A stretch of DNA of 64,000 nucleotides. It comes from Octopus bimaculoides. Its lineage: Eukaryota. Under the pieces are notes generated by a model. It was not told the origin of the DNA, ran no database searches, and worked only from the letters and a program-made list of their open reading frames with translations. The DNA is taken from assembly GCF_001194135.2 (NCBI RefSeq), contig NC_068989.1:11426320-11490319 (forward strand), in the 5' to 3' direction. Shown in pieces: positions 23,870 to 36,424 of the stretch (within the stretch, counting starts at the first letter, position 1; each line of letters opens with the position of its first letter). Made by a program: the position numbers and the translations under genes.

Positions 23870-24078
23870 GAATATTATTAGGATTAAACGCACTGGAGCA
23901 TACTGGGCAAGAAAAAAAAATGCTTAGCAGCACTTCTGGGTACGAACCCAGAGTTCCATAGTTCAAATGCTGCCAAATTGACTTTTCCTTTTCATCTTTT
24001 ACCAATTGAGCACAGGGATCAATGTAATCAACTGCCCCCTCCCCTCAAAATTACTGGCCTTGTGCCCAAATTAGAAAG

Positions 24079-24124
<46 letters not shown>

Positions 24125-24810
24125 TGGTGGATTGACAGAATTTTTAGAGCTTCAGACAAAATCCCTTTGCAGTATTTGTCATGGCCCTTCACATTCTGAG
24201 TTCAAATGCCACTGAGATTGACTTTGCCTTTCCAGGATTGATAAAATAAAGTACCATTCGAGTACTAGGTGACCTTATCTCTCAAATTTCAAGCCTTTTA
24301 CTTATCAATGTAAGAAACATCATAATTGTAGATTGGCTGAATTATTAGAGCATTGCCAGGTAGTAATTTGCTTTGGTACTCTACCTTCTGAGTTCAAATC
24401 CCATCTAGGTTGACTTTGCCTTTCATCTTTCCAGGGTTGATAAAATAAAGTACCAGTCATGTATTGGGGTCGATTTAATTGACTAACCCTTTTCCTAGAT
24501 TTCAGGTATTGTGCCTTTGTAAGAAATTGGGGGCTTTGAAACTAAAGTACTGATCAAGTACCAAGGTTGATATAATTGACCAAAATGGTGAGCTGGCAGA
24601 ACTGTTAAGAGTACCAGAAGAAGTGCCTTGTGGTATTTCTTCCAATTCATTACATTCTGAATACAAATTCTGCCGAGATCAATTTTTCCTTTCATCCTTA
24701 ACGAGGTTGATAAAATAAGTACTAATGGGGCACTGGGATCAATGCAATTGACTAATCTGCTCCCCATTAAAATTGCAGGCTTTGTGCCAAAATTAGAAAG
24801 AATCATTTTT
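23870..24810 (+). mobile_element. Four head-to-tail degenerate copies of SINE family B
   Basis: Repeated GAGTTCAAAT..TTGACTTTGCCTTTCATC..TTGATAAAATAAGTAC..GGATCAATG motifs near 23960, 24200, 24390 and 24660, with ATT-rich tails. Confidence 0.8.
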
Positions 24811-24980
24811 ATTTATTGTAAGTAAATTGGCCGTTTCGTCTCAATCTTCTATGTTACTTTGAGACATCTGTGTGTATATGTATGTATATATGTGTGCGTG
24901 TATGTATGAGAATTGTGTCCAGTAAATATTCTATCCAGATTCCCTCCACCACCATCACTAGCATCACCTAATTCACTCTT

Positions 24981-25080
<100 letters not shown>

Positions 25081-26045
25081 AGACATAATGGCACCAATGG
25101 TGATGATAATGAATGATATTACCAAGTTTGTTGCAGACGTTTTTTGAACCAGTGTTTGTTTGACTGGAATTGCTTCTGCAAATTTTTACTTTACATACTT
25201 TAGAAAAATAATCCTTTTGATTCCAAGATTCACGATATTGTATATTTCCTGACAATTGATAAATATTATTTCAGAAAACAAAAAACAAAACAAAGCAAAA
25301 AAAAAAAAGAAAAAAAATCAATTAACTCCATCCTTNNNNNNNNNNNNNNNNNNNNNNNNNNNNNNNNNNNNNNNNNNNNNNNNNNNNNNNNNNNNNNNNN
25401 NNNNNNNNNNNNNNNNNNNNNNNNNNNNNNNNNNNNNNNNNNNNNNNNNNNNNNNNNNNNNNNNNNNNNNNNNNNNNNNNNNNNNNNNNNNNNNNNNNNN
25501 NNNNNNNNNNNNNNNNNNNNNNNNNNNNNNNNNNNNNNNNNNNNNNNNNNNNNNNNNNNNNNNNNNNNNNNNNNNNNNNNNNNNNNNNNNNNNNNNNNNN
25601 NNNNNNNNNNNNNNNNNNNNNNNNNNNNNNNNNNNNNNNNNNNNNNNNNNNNNNNNNNNNNNNNNNNNNNNNNNNNNNNNNNNNNNNNNNNNNNNNNNNN
25701 NNNNNNNNNNNNNNNNNNNNNNNNNNNNNNNNNNNNNNNNNNNNNNNNNNNNNNNNNNNNNNNNNNNNNNNNNNNNNNNNNNNNNNNNNNNNNNNNNNNN
25801 NNNNNNNNNNNNNNNNNNNNNNNNNNNNNNNNNNNNNNNNNNNNNNNNNNNNNNNNNNNNNNNNNNNNNNNNNNNNNNNNNNNNNNNNNNNNNNNNNNNN
25901 NNNNNNNNNNNNNNNNNNNNNNNNNNNNNNNNNNNNNNNNNNNNNNNNNNNNNNNNNNNNNNNNNNNNNNNNNNNNNNNNNNNNNNNNNNNNNNNNNNNN
26001 NNNNNNNNNNNNNNNNNNNNNNNNNNNNNNNNNNNNNNNNNNNNN

Positions 26046-26355
26046 GTTGTGAGTGTTTATTGAGCGAAAACACCTAAAAGCTCCACGAGGCTCCGGCAGG
26101 GGATGGTGGCGAACCCTGCTGTACTCTTTCACCACAACTTTTTCTCACTCTTACTTCCTGCTTCTGTTGTGCCTGTAATTCAAAGGGTCAGCCTTGTCAC
26201 ACTCTGTGTCACGCTGAATATCCCCGAGAACTACGTTAAGGGTACACGTGTCTGTGGAGTGCTCAGCCACTTGCACGTTAATTTCACGAGCAGGCTGTTC
26301 CGTTGATCGGATCAACTGGAACCCTCGACGTTGTAAGCGACGGAGTGCCAACAAC
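26046..26355 (+). mobile_element. SINE family E 3' portion with GACGGAGTGCCAACAAC tail
   Basis: Shares its internal block with 15640-15900; 5' end lies in a gap. Confidence 0.7.
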
Positions 26356-26619
26356 AGCTACACAACAACATAGCTGCTTACATTTTGAGTTCAAATACTG
26401 CAAAGATTAATTTTGTCCTTCAACCTTCTGGGTCAATAAACTAAAGTGCTAGTCCTGTACTGTTCTTGCTCACAAGCATGTCTGAGTTGGTGCCATTGTT
26501 GGAATTCATCATCATTACGATCAAACATAACATCAAAGAACTAGAGAACGGAGTAGAGCATTGTGGGAGAGATTCTGTTAATATGTCTGTCATTAACATT
26601 ATTTGTTTTATATATATAT

Positions 26620-27205
26620 CATCATCATCATCATCATCATCATCGTTTAACGTCTGTTTTCCATGCTGGCATGGGTTGGATGGCTTGACTGGAGACTGGC
26701 AAGCCAAGAGGCCACATCAGGCTCCAGTGTGATCTGGCAAATGTTTCTACAGCTGGATGCCCTTCCTAATGCCAACCACTCTGAGAGTGTAGTTGGTGCT
26801 TTTTACGTACCACCGGCTGGGAGCCAGTCAGGCAGCACTGGCATCAGCCATGTTCGGATGGTGCTAAGGGCATCCAGCTGTAGAAAAGCTGCCTAACAAA
26901 CTGATCTATACATGGGGAAAGTAGATGTTAGGTGATGATGTTGATATAGATGGTGTTAGGAATGTCATTTTGGTGTTATAAAAGACATCCAACTGTGGAA
27001 CCTTATATATGTGTGTGTTTGTGTTTCCTTGTTTTAATATGGCGGTATCATTCATCTCCAATATTCTACGAAAACATGTCTGGCTACAAGAAAATATCAC
27101 CTTGCTTAGATACAGGTGAGTATTGGTGACAGAAAATCTGCCTCAGCAAACTCAGTTCAACCCATGCCAGCCTGGAAAAGTGAGCATTAAAACAATGATG
27201 ATGAC
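26620..27205. mobile_element. SINE family C (minus, 26620-26890) and family C' (plus, 26930-27205)
   Basis: CATGC.AGCATGG tails with (CAT)n or (GAT)n ends in opposite orientations. Confidence 0.8.
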
Positions 27206-28209
27206 ATATAAGACACTGAAATAAGTATTTAGCATGTTGAAAAGCTGGGAAAATATTGGACAATCAAGTTTTTAGCTTACATGTTATATATATTTGGCTG
27301 TCCTAAATTACCCCAATTTTCAATATGCTAAATCGCTATTATTTCAATGTCTTTTGTATTATATACTAAAATTAAGAATAATTAATTAAGTGCCCTGTAA
27401 TGATGCTCTGTCACTGATTTTGGTGGTGTTGCTACTAGGCTGCAGATTATCCCAGATTAGGACTATGGTCAATCCATGAATATCTAATCAATTTATATAG
27501 ATTACACGATCACAAATCTTTTTATTTAGATGCCAAGATTACATTGATCAATTTTTTTCTTTGTTTTCATTGTTTTAATTTTGTGGTTTTAACATTGCGA
27601 CTGTCCAAAGCATTTTCATAAATTTATTCTAAACATCGATACTTGTTTTCACACTTTTAGTTAGCCCCTGTCTAATAAGTTCTGAGTAACATAAAGCTTT
27701 CCTTTCATAAGTCTCTAGTTACTCTGGTGATTGTATGTAGCTGGAAATGTGTATCATATACAATGCATGGACACCAAGAAAATGTGCCATGTGACACATA
27801 AACGAGACAAAGTGTTAAGAGAAATTTGGTTATTTCTAATTGATTAAGACAAGATCTATTCAGTTGTGATATGTCTTTTGGTAATTCTGTTATGCTAGTA
27901 AGAATGGACTAGCATTATTCACAACCGGAATTACTTGAAGCCCCCAGATGATATGCACGATAATTTATTTATATTGCTTTTAGATTTAACTTGCATCAAC
28001 CAGAAATTTTCCATTTTATTAAGCTGTTTGTCCATAATAGAACAGGTAAGTAGAGAGAAGAAACAAACTATCCAGCGCTATTCTGGTTTATTATACAGAT
28101 TCATGAAAGAAAAGGGTTAGTATTTTCCCCTTTCTGCATCTTATTCATCTCCTTTTTTGTCCCTTTTCAATTCACTTGTGTTGTCCTTATGGTCAGTGTA
28201 TTCAAATGA

Positions 28210-28990
28210 GCAATTAGTATAAAAGTAGCGAAATGAAGTCTTTGTCATCATTTTAATACTTGGATTCGGTAGAGTTTATTGAGGCAGATTCTCTACAGCT
28301 AGATGCTCTTCTTGTCATCATCATCACCATCATATAACATCCGTCTTCCATGCTGGCATGGGTTGGACGGTTTGACAGAAGCTGGTAAACCTAAGGACTG
28401 CACCAGACTCCACTGTCTCGTCTTGGCATGGATTTTACAGAGTATCACCAACCCTTATTTTTTTTTTTCCAAGCAAAGTAATATTTCTCCAGATATTTTC
28501 ACAGGTTATTGAAAACAAATGACATTCATTTACAATAATCATGTGATGTCAAGACAAGGAGACACAACCATACACACAATCATCATCATCATCATTATTA
28601 TTTAATGTCCTTTTTCCATGCTGGCATGGGTTGGACAGTTTGACAGGAGCTGACTAGTTGGAGGGCTGTTCAGTCTCCATGTCTGTTTTGGCATAGTTTC
28701 TATGGCTGGATGCCCTTCCTAACACCAACCACTTTACAGAGTGTACTGGGTGCTTTTATATGGCACTGGCACCTACGAGCCCACGAGATTAGGGGTGCTC
28801 GGCTGGAGAAGGTTGCAGGGGATGAGCCTGTATGGAAGGACAACCACGCATGATGAGCTTCTTTCAGTTTCCCCACTATCAAATTCCAATCACAAGATTT
28901 TGGTCAGTTCAGTGCTATAAAAGGTGTCACTCCGTGGGATCAGACCCGAAACCATATGGTTGAGAAGCAAAATTCTTACAACACGCCTGT
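28210..28990 (-). mobile_element. Nested degenerate SINE cluster (C', C, C, A left arm)
   Basis: TCCATGCTGGCATGGGTTGGAC occurs twice, plus GGATGCCCTTCCTAAC and CTTTCAGTTTCC..GAAACCATATGGTTG. Confidence 0.75.
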
Positions 28991-29004
28991 ATCTGCACCT
29001 ATTA

Positions 29005-29423
29005 TACTCTTTTACTCTTTTACTTGTTTCAGTCATTTGACTGTGGCCATGCTGGAGCACCGCCTGTAGTTGAGCAAATCGACCCCCAGAACTTATTCTT
29101 TTGTAAGCCTAGTACTTATTCTATTGGTCTCTTTTGCCGAACCGCTAAGTTACGGGGATGTAAACACACCAGCATCGGTTGTCAAGCGATGCTGGGGGGA
29201 CAAACACAGACACACAACGCACACACATATACGTACACACACACATATATATATATATACGACGGACTTCTTTCAGTTTCCATCTACCAAATCCACCCAC
29301 AAGGCTTTGGTCGGCCTGAGGCTGTAGTAGAAGACACTTGCCCAAGGTGCCATGCAGTGGGACTGAACCTGGAACCATGTGGTTCGTAAGCAAGCTACTT
29401 ACCACACAGCCACTCCTACGCCT
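29005..29423 (-). mobile_element. SINE family A, full length, little diverged
   Basis: Runs from the (TACTCTTT)n tail to ACCACACAGCCACTCCTACGCC, with an internal CA/TA microsatellite. Confidence 0.95.
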
Positions 29424-29579
29424 ATTATGTTAGTAATTAAACTACAAATCTATGCAATACATGAGATATACCACATTACACTTCCTACTTATGTAAATTT
29501 TTGCATGCACTGATTACAAGCATGTCAGTGACTATATGTTACAGCTAGTCTACATAACAGTTTTCTTGTAACTTTAGAC

Positions 29580-29600
29580 CAGTGATTCTTAACCTGGGCA
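29580..29600 (+). mobile_element. Isolated hAT/Charlie-like terminal repeat remnant
   Basis: CAGTGATTCTTAACCTGGG resembles CAGTGGTTCTCAAC-type TIRs; no partner end found. Confidence 0.3.
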
Positions 29601-29689
29601 GTTGTGTCCCCTTCTTGGTTATGTTGTGAACTCACTAGAGGGCAGCAAATGTCAAGGGAGTGTTAATGCAGAAAGATAATGGGCATTTA

Positions 29690-29820
29690 AGGCAGCGAGC
29701 TGGCAGAAACCTTAGCACTCCGGGCGAAATGCTTAGCGGTATTTCATCTGCCGCTACGTTCTGAGTTCAAATTCTGCCGAGGTTGACTTTGCCTTTCATC
29801 CTTTTTTGGGTCAATCAAAG
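29690..29820 (+). mobile_element. SINE family B 5' part
   Basis: GGCAGCGAGCTGGCAGAAAC..GGGCGAAATGCTTAGCGGTATTTC..GAGTTCAAATTC..GACTTTGCCTTTCATCC. Confidence 0.9.
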
Positions 29821-30258
29821 GAGACCAATGTTAAAACTTAGGAAAATGAGTTGTCTTTTATTAAGCATAACCAATCCAGGAATCTTTTGCTACCACCTTG
29901 TAATGGTTAAAATGAGATTTCACAGAACAAGAGTCAAAGAGGTATCCATGCCAGCATGGAAATGGTAAATGGATAATCTAAATCAGTTCAGTCTAATGTT
30001 CTTTGCGCCCTTACACATCTTTGGATGAGTTCTTTTCTCTTTTATTTGTTACAGTCATTAGACTATGACCATGCTGGAGCACTACATTAAGGTGTTTAGT
30101 AAAAAAAAAAAAAAAAAAAAAAAAGAAATTGACCAAAGTGCTTATTTTAAAAGTCTGTTACCTATTATCTTTCCTTTGATGAATGCCAAGTTATGAGGAT
30201 GTAAACAAACCAACAGCTATTAAGTGGTGTGGGACAGAAGCATGAAGACACACATGTA

Positions 30259-30301
<43 letters not shown>

Positions 30302-30447
30302 GTGGCTTGTGTGTTTTCTCGTCTACGTTTGTTTGCAGTGTCCTGTGCCCAGATATGCACCTATGCATACAGGTGGATGTCGGTATGCACATACCTGTAC
30401 GTATATATGCATATACTCATTTACTATTTGGTTTTATATATATATAA

Positions 30448-30832
30448 GGCACAGGAGTGGCTGTGTGGTAATTAGTTTGCTTACCAATCACATGGTCCCG
30501 AGTTCAGTCCCACTGCATGGCATCTTGGGCAAGTGGCTTCCATTATAGCCTTGGGCCGACCAAAGCCTCGTGAGTGGATTTGGTAGATGGGGAAACTGAA
30601 AGAAGCCCGTCATATATATGTATGTTTGTGTGTCTGTGTTTGTCCCCCCTCTCCACTATCACTTGACAACCGATGTTGGTGTGTTTATGTCCCCGTAACT
30701 TAATGGTTCAGTGAAAGAGACCGATAGAATAAGTACTAGGCTGACAAAGAATAAGTCCTGGGGTTGATTTGTTCGACTAAAGGCGGTGCTCCAGCATGGC
30801 CACAGTCAAATGACTGAAACAAATAAAAGAAT
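30448..30832 (+). mobile_element. SINE family A, full length
   Basis: A-box-like TGGCTGTGTGGT, B-box-like AGTTCAGTCC, CTTGGGCAAGT block, internal microsatellite, and right arm ending GACTGAAACAA.TAAAAGA. Confidence 0.95.
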
Positions 30833-31164
30833 ATATAATCTGTAATGTATATGAGTGTGTGTAGGTGTCCTGCACTACGTCCAAAACCAGTTCAGCGTCC
30901 TCTCAGCTGTGCCAAATTGCCAATAGCCAAACAACTGTGCCCAGTCTGCCCACTCTACCTGGGAATGTGGTCTTTTAAACATAGCTTTGGATGAAGATCA
31001 ACCCAAGTCTGGAGACTGAAATTGAACAGATGGAAATCATTTGAAAGCCTATTGGATGGATTGAATCTGTTATTCCAAAGAACTAGTTCTGTCATGCATG
31101 GTCATAACTGATTCTGTTCATTAAGGGCTGTGGAAAATTCACTCTTTTATTCACTAATTCAGAA

Positions 31165-31410
31165 GAGGTGCATGGCCTAGTGGTTAAGGTTTTGCCCTCA
31201 TGATTGAGAGCTCACAGTTTCAATTCCTTGAGCGAGTAGTGTATTGTGTTCTTGAGCCAAACACTTTGTTTCATGCTGCTCATGTCCACTCAGCTATAAA
31301 TGAGCAACCCTGCAATAGAATAGTGTTCCATTCAATAGTGTTGGCCACTTACACACCAGGGAAATTGGAAATCAACTCTATGATTACTAGGACTCGAGGC
31401 CGTAAGATCT
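31165..31410 (+). mobile_element. Degenerate tRNA-derived SINE family D (another head fragment at 36265-36350)
   Basis: TGGCCTAGTGGTTAAGG..GTTTCAATTCC..GTGTTCTTGAGC.AA.ACACTT..GTCCACTCAGCT. Confidence 0.65.
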
Positions 31411-31992
31411 AGTTGATGTTTACACTAATCCAAAATATGGGCAGTTCTGGTACTAAGAACATGTGGTTGGAATGCCAAATGAAAGGATTGCAAATCAGAT
31501 TCTTCAAGTTGGGCCAACTGAGTAGGAGGCATACTAATCAGTGTAACCTTCATCATTTTAATGAATTAGGTGCATATTTTGCCATAAAAGGAAAATGGTG
31601 CTATTTTTTCAACTTAGAGTAAAGCATGAAAAACAATTAAATTGTGGAAAAATTAACTGAAATGTTTTTTAAAAATATTTCCCTAGTTTTCAAATGCAAG
31701 GGACATTTTCCNNNNNNNNNNNNNNNNNNNNNNNNNNNNNNNNNNNNNNNNNNNNNNNNNNNNNNNNNNNNNNNNNNNNNNNNNNNNNNNNNNNNNNNNN
31801 NNNNNNNNNNNNNNNNNNNNNNNNNNNNNNNNNNNNNNNNNNNNNNNNNNNNNNNNNNNNNNNNNNNNNNNNNNNNNNNNNNNNNNNNNNNNNNNNNNNN
31901 NNNNNNNNNNNNNNNNNNNNNNNNNNNNNNNNNNNNNNNNNNNNNNNNNNNNNNNNNNNNNNNNNNNNNNNNNNNNNNNNNNNNNNNNNNNN

Positions 31993-32028
<36 letters not shown>

Positions 32029-32061
32029 GATATATTTAAAAATGGGGAAGGCTGGTTTATA

Positions 32062-32120
32062 GGATTACCTAAGGTTTCCCATTCACAAAGAGTTTAGTTT
32101 AATAGTGTATCGTCAGATCC
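32062..32120 (-). ncRNA. Minimal type I hammerhead ribozyme motif (left arm of palindrome, helix II decayed)
   Basis: Minus strand reads GGAU-CUGACGA-UACAC..AAUGG-GAAA-CCUUAGG-UA-AUCC. Core and helices I/III intact, helix II mismatched. Confidence 0.6.
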
Positions 32121-32160
32121 GAAAAGCCTGTTTGCCCATGCCCTGGGCCAACAGGTCTTT

Positions 32161-32221
32161 GGGATCTGATGACACGCCTTAAAGCTAAACCCTTTATGGA
32201 CGGGAAACCTTAGGTAATCCC
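32161..32221 (+). ncRNA. Minimal type I hammerhead ribozyme motif (right arm of palindrome)
   Basis: GGGAU-CUGAUGA-[helix II 32173-32203]-GAAA-CCUUAGG-UA-AUCCC. Helix I is 5 bp. Predicted cleavage after 32216. Confidence 0.7.
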
Positions 32222-33179
32222 ATAAACTGTCCTTCCCTGTTTTTAATGTATACTGCTCTACATCTTAGAGTGAGCTTTTTTCGGATTTATGTTTTCTACA
32301 AATGATATATATATATATATATATGTATATGGCTCAGTATAAAATCAGATATTGGTGTAACTTCCATTCAAGTGTTGCATTGTGTTTGGTAATCCTGGGA
32401 GTAGCCATCTTGTTCTCAAGATGAGCATAGCTGCTGTTGGTTCTCAGTGAGTCCATCTGCTTTTTACCGGCTTTGACACCGTAACTGCCACATGTACCAC
32501 CAGTGGTTCATCATAAACTTCACACAACTGCCATATGCACCAGCGGTGGTACATTTTCATAATTTGAGAAAATGATTTATTCTGTATCTTTGATATGGTT
32601 TCAGGGATATTTAAATAACACGAGTGCAAAATATCAAAGTTTAATTATGAAAGAAGTTGAACACACACTCATTTCCTTCTCTCATGTCTGTTACTACTCT
32701 GAGAGCATTAGCATGTGAGATATGTAGTGTCATTGGTAAGTTCCAGTTACAAGCCTTGGCGGTTAACATGTTTATCGAAGTTGCTCCACCACGTCATATT
32801 TTTCTCCAAGAGAAAGCTTTCTTCTCCAAACTCCTACTGGTTTTGAATTTAGCAACTGATTTTTTTTCTGGGTAGTACTGTTGATTCTATGCAAACCCAT
32901 TATCACCTCTGATGGTCAATATCTCCTGAGGTTGTTCCTTTATAGAACAACCTCAGAAAAGGGCTGATTTAGTTGCTGACCACACAACCACAAATGCACG
33001 TACATATAGAAACTATGTTGTACATGCATTGTAAACTGGAATAGTAAAATGACTTTTCCACTCCATTTTAAAAAAAATTTCTCATTATAGTAGCTCCATA
33101 CATACTTGTGGATTTTCAGACATTTACTTGGTAGAATAAATGACCTCAGATTACACCTTTGTCTGTTAGCGAATACATG

Positions 33180-33330
33180 TGGATTGGTGTTAGGAAGGGC
33201 ATCCAGCTGTAGAAACTCTGCCAAATTAGATTGGAGCCTGGTGTTGCCATCCGGTTTCACCAGTCCTCAGTCAAATCGTCCAACCCATGCTAGCATGGAA
33301 AGCGGATGTTAAACGATGATGATGATGAGC
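33180..33330 (+). mobile_element. SINE family C 3' part
   Basis: TTAGGAAGGGCATCCAGCTGTAG..CATGCTAGCATGGAAAGCGGATGTTAAACGATGATG. Confidence 0.9.
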
Positions 33331-34981
33331 TAAATACTGAAAACACTAAGGTTAAATACCCCAATGGAAATCACAATCATTGTCATCGTCATCATCATCA
33401 TCATCATCATCGTCATCATCATCATTCAAGTGAATTTTATAATGCGATTCCTTCTTCTCTAACAGTTTATGTATTGTTGATATGCATTTTAAATAAAAAC
33501 GAGAAGGATTTACAANNNNNNNNNNNNNNNNNNNNNNNNNNNNNNNNNNNNNNNNNNNNNNNNNNNNNNNNNNNNNNNNNNNNNNNNNNNNNNNNNNNNN
33601 NNNNNNNNNNNNNNNNNNNNNNNNNNNNNNNNNNNNNNNNNNNNNNNNNNNNNNNNNNNNNNNNNNNNNNNNNNNNNNNNNNNNNNNNNNNNNNNNNNNN
33701 NNNNNNNNNNNNNNNNNNNNNNNNNNNNNNNNNNNNNNNNNNNNNNNNNNNNNNNNNNNNNNNNNNNNNNNNNNNNNNNNNNNNNNNNNNNNNNNNNNNN
33801 NNNNNNNNNNNNNNNNNNNNNNNNNNNNNNNNNNNNNNNNNNNNNNNNNNNNNNNNNNNNNNNNNNNNNNNNNNNNNNNNNNNNNNNNNNNNNNNNNNNN
33901 NNNNNNNNNNNNTTAAATATAAAAAAGCCTAACAAAAGCTGGCGTTTCTGAATTTTGAAACAATGCTTTTCCGGTAGCCAGGAATATTTGGATGTTTTCA
34001 CTCTCAGGATATTTCAATATTTTCCTTCTCTGTCAATGTGATACCAAATGAACTTGGATATAATTTCAGAGAGAAATATTCACCAGTATGTATATATATT
34101 CTCCTATATACTGTCATTATTGCACAGCTAGTTTGGTTTTCTTTTTTGTTATTGCTTGTTCTCTGTTATACATCAATTTTGTACAATTTCTTCATTTTAA
34201 ACATTTATATGAGGGCCACTTTTAAAACAAAATGTTCAAACAATCTTCACTTTGACAGAATCAGTTGTGCCTAAAAGTTTTTTTGACAATTCTTCTTTTG
34301 GAATGGTGAAACTTGAATCAGATGAAGCTATTAATAATGGCATGTAAATATTGGATTAAAAATCCCCTTGGATAGAAAAAAATCGAAGACTACGCATGGA
34401 ATATGAACCCACATCTGTAAATATGACAGACAATTTTGTTTCCTTTTTTTATCATCAACCTTTTTAAAATTCAAATTTACATTAAAAAAAATATATATAT
34501 ACATATCTGATTAGAACCAATTTGAAATATTTGTAGTATTAGTGAAAACATTTTGAATTAAACCTTTCCGAGAGAACTCATTGATGTGAATTGCCTTAAT
34601 GTTATGTTTGTATATATATATATATATACATGTGTGTATATATATATGTATGCACCACTGATTACTGCTGCCTATACCGTGTGTGAAGCATGGTTATTGC
34701 TGTAAAAACTGTAATAGCATCAAGTGTAATCACACATTTTCAATATATTGCCTTAATACTTTAATACTCACTTCAAATATTTGCTAACAACTATAACTCT
34801 TTGACTGTGTAATTAAATTTCATAATCATTCCTATAATGATGTTAATTATCCACCAAAATCATAGAATTGGTATTTTCTGCTTCTGCAATACTCTTTTTC
34901 CACTATCTCCTGTAAGTGTGCTTTTTTATGCCCACCACTAAAAGGATTTGATTTTACCCTGTAAAAAGATATTTATTGAAA

Positions 34982-35659
34982 TACCATAAATCCTTGAGTA
35001 TAATCTGCATTTTTCCCCCCAAAATTTAAAGGTCTAAATCCCTAGTGCGTACTATATACGAGGTTAAAAATTAAAAACATTTTCTAAGCAATGTCCGAGT
35101 CTCTATTTGCTGTCCGGCAATGTTTATTCAGATGCATTTTGTGATGTCAGGTGTGAAAATACCTTAAGCTATATTTATTTTTCACTGCTGTTATTACTGT
35201 TATTTCTTTATTTTCTGCAAACAAAGTGCACAAAAAAGCTACACGTTTGCATTATGTTATATATACAATAATAATAAAGGACGTTACTGTATATATGTTT
35301 ACAAACCAAGGACGTTATATATAGACCTCCTTGACTCAAGTTAGAGAAGGGATGCGTATTATACACAAGGTTTAGGTTTTTCAGAGGTACAGCCCCCTAA
35401 AAATCCCCTGCATATTANNNNNNNNNNCAAAGTGCACAAAAAAGCTACACGTTTGCATTATGTTATATATACAATAATAATAAAGGACGTTACTGTATAT
35501 ATGTTTACAAACCAAGGACGTTATATATAGACCTCCTTGACTCAAGTTAGAGAAGGGATGCGTATTATACACAAGGTTTAGGTTTTTCAGAGGTACAGCC
35601 CCCTAAAAATCCCCTGCATATTATACTCAAGGGCAGACTATACTCAAGGATTTACGGTA
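34982..35659. mobile_element. Non-autonomous Tc1/mariner (pogo/Tigger-like) MITE
   Basis: 27-bp terminal inverted repeats TACCATAAATCCTTGAGTATAATCTGC (34982-35008) and GCAGACTATACTCAAGGATTTACGGTA (35633-35659), TA ends, and internal GCRTAYTATACWCRAGG-like subrepeats. Length is inflated by a ~196-bp duplication around a 10-N gap. Confidence 0.8.
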
Positions 35660-36424
35660 TGTTAAACAATTCAGAAAATCTGAAAACTCTTTCTTTTGAA
35701 AAAATGTCATTGAAGGGTTCTCTGTTTCTTGAGCATAAGAAAAGGATTTTTTTTTTGTTTCGAAGTCCTGGGGTAAAACCACTTTCTGCAGTTAACGGTG
35801 ATAAAATTCTAAGTGGATATATTCGCTTTCAACATTCAAATGGTCAATCAATTTTACAAAGCAGTTTGCTATTTTCCTTTTCTTCTTTTTTATATAATTA
35901 CAATGGTTTGTTTTCTCCCTCTCTCTCTCTGCCTCGTTTGTTCAGCCAAGCTATACACAATGTTATCCAAAGAACAGATTCTTAAATATCTCTTATCATA
36001 ATTGTAACAGTTTGATAAAAAAAAAATGCCTCTGTTAACACCATCCCTTCTCCCAATTGGGTTTTAATTTCTTTTCATAAAATCATTCTATGCCTTCGGA
36101 AAAAACCCAAAAAAACCCCCCAAAACTATTTGTAACAATTCAAAGAGAATTTAAAAATCGGGACAATCTTGTTTTGAAAAAAAAAACTACGTGGGTCATG
36201 CGATAATATTTGACTGATTTTAAAGCTGTTGTGTGTTGTCATGAATAATGATATTTTTATTCTGTGGTAGAGCGTTGAGCTCACAATACTGAGGTAGTGA
36301 GTTCGATTCCTGAAACAGGCTGTGTTTTGGGTTCTTGAGTAAGACACTTGTGTTGTGTGTGTATGTGTGTGTGTATGTGTGTGTGTGTTTGTATATACAC
36401 AAACATAAGTGAATTTTTTTTATT

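Larger units (their letters stand above)
32031..32252. repeat. ~220-bp imperfect palindrome (foldback element) whose arms are two inverted hammerhead motifs
   Basis: 32031-32137 is the approximate reverse complement of 32144-32252 (e.g. GGATTACCTAAGGTTTCCC / GGGAAACCTTAGGTAATCC). Confidence 0.9.

Noticed and set aside
30448-30530. tRNA genes at SINE heads
   Set aside because: A/B-box-like motifs are present, but no full cloverleaf, and each is followed by SINE body.
35222-35623. 196-bp exact tandem duplication
   Set aside because: The identical copies flank a 10-N gap, the signature of an unmerged contig overlap. The same applies to the 39-bp repeat around the gap near 37740.
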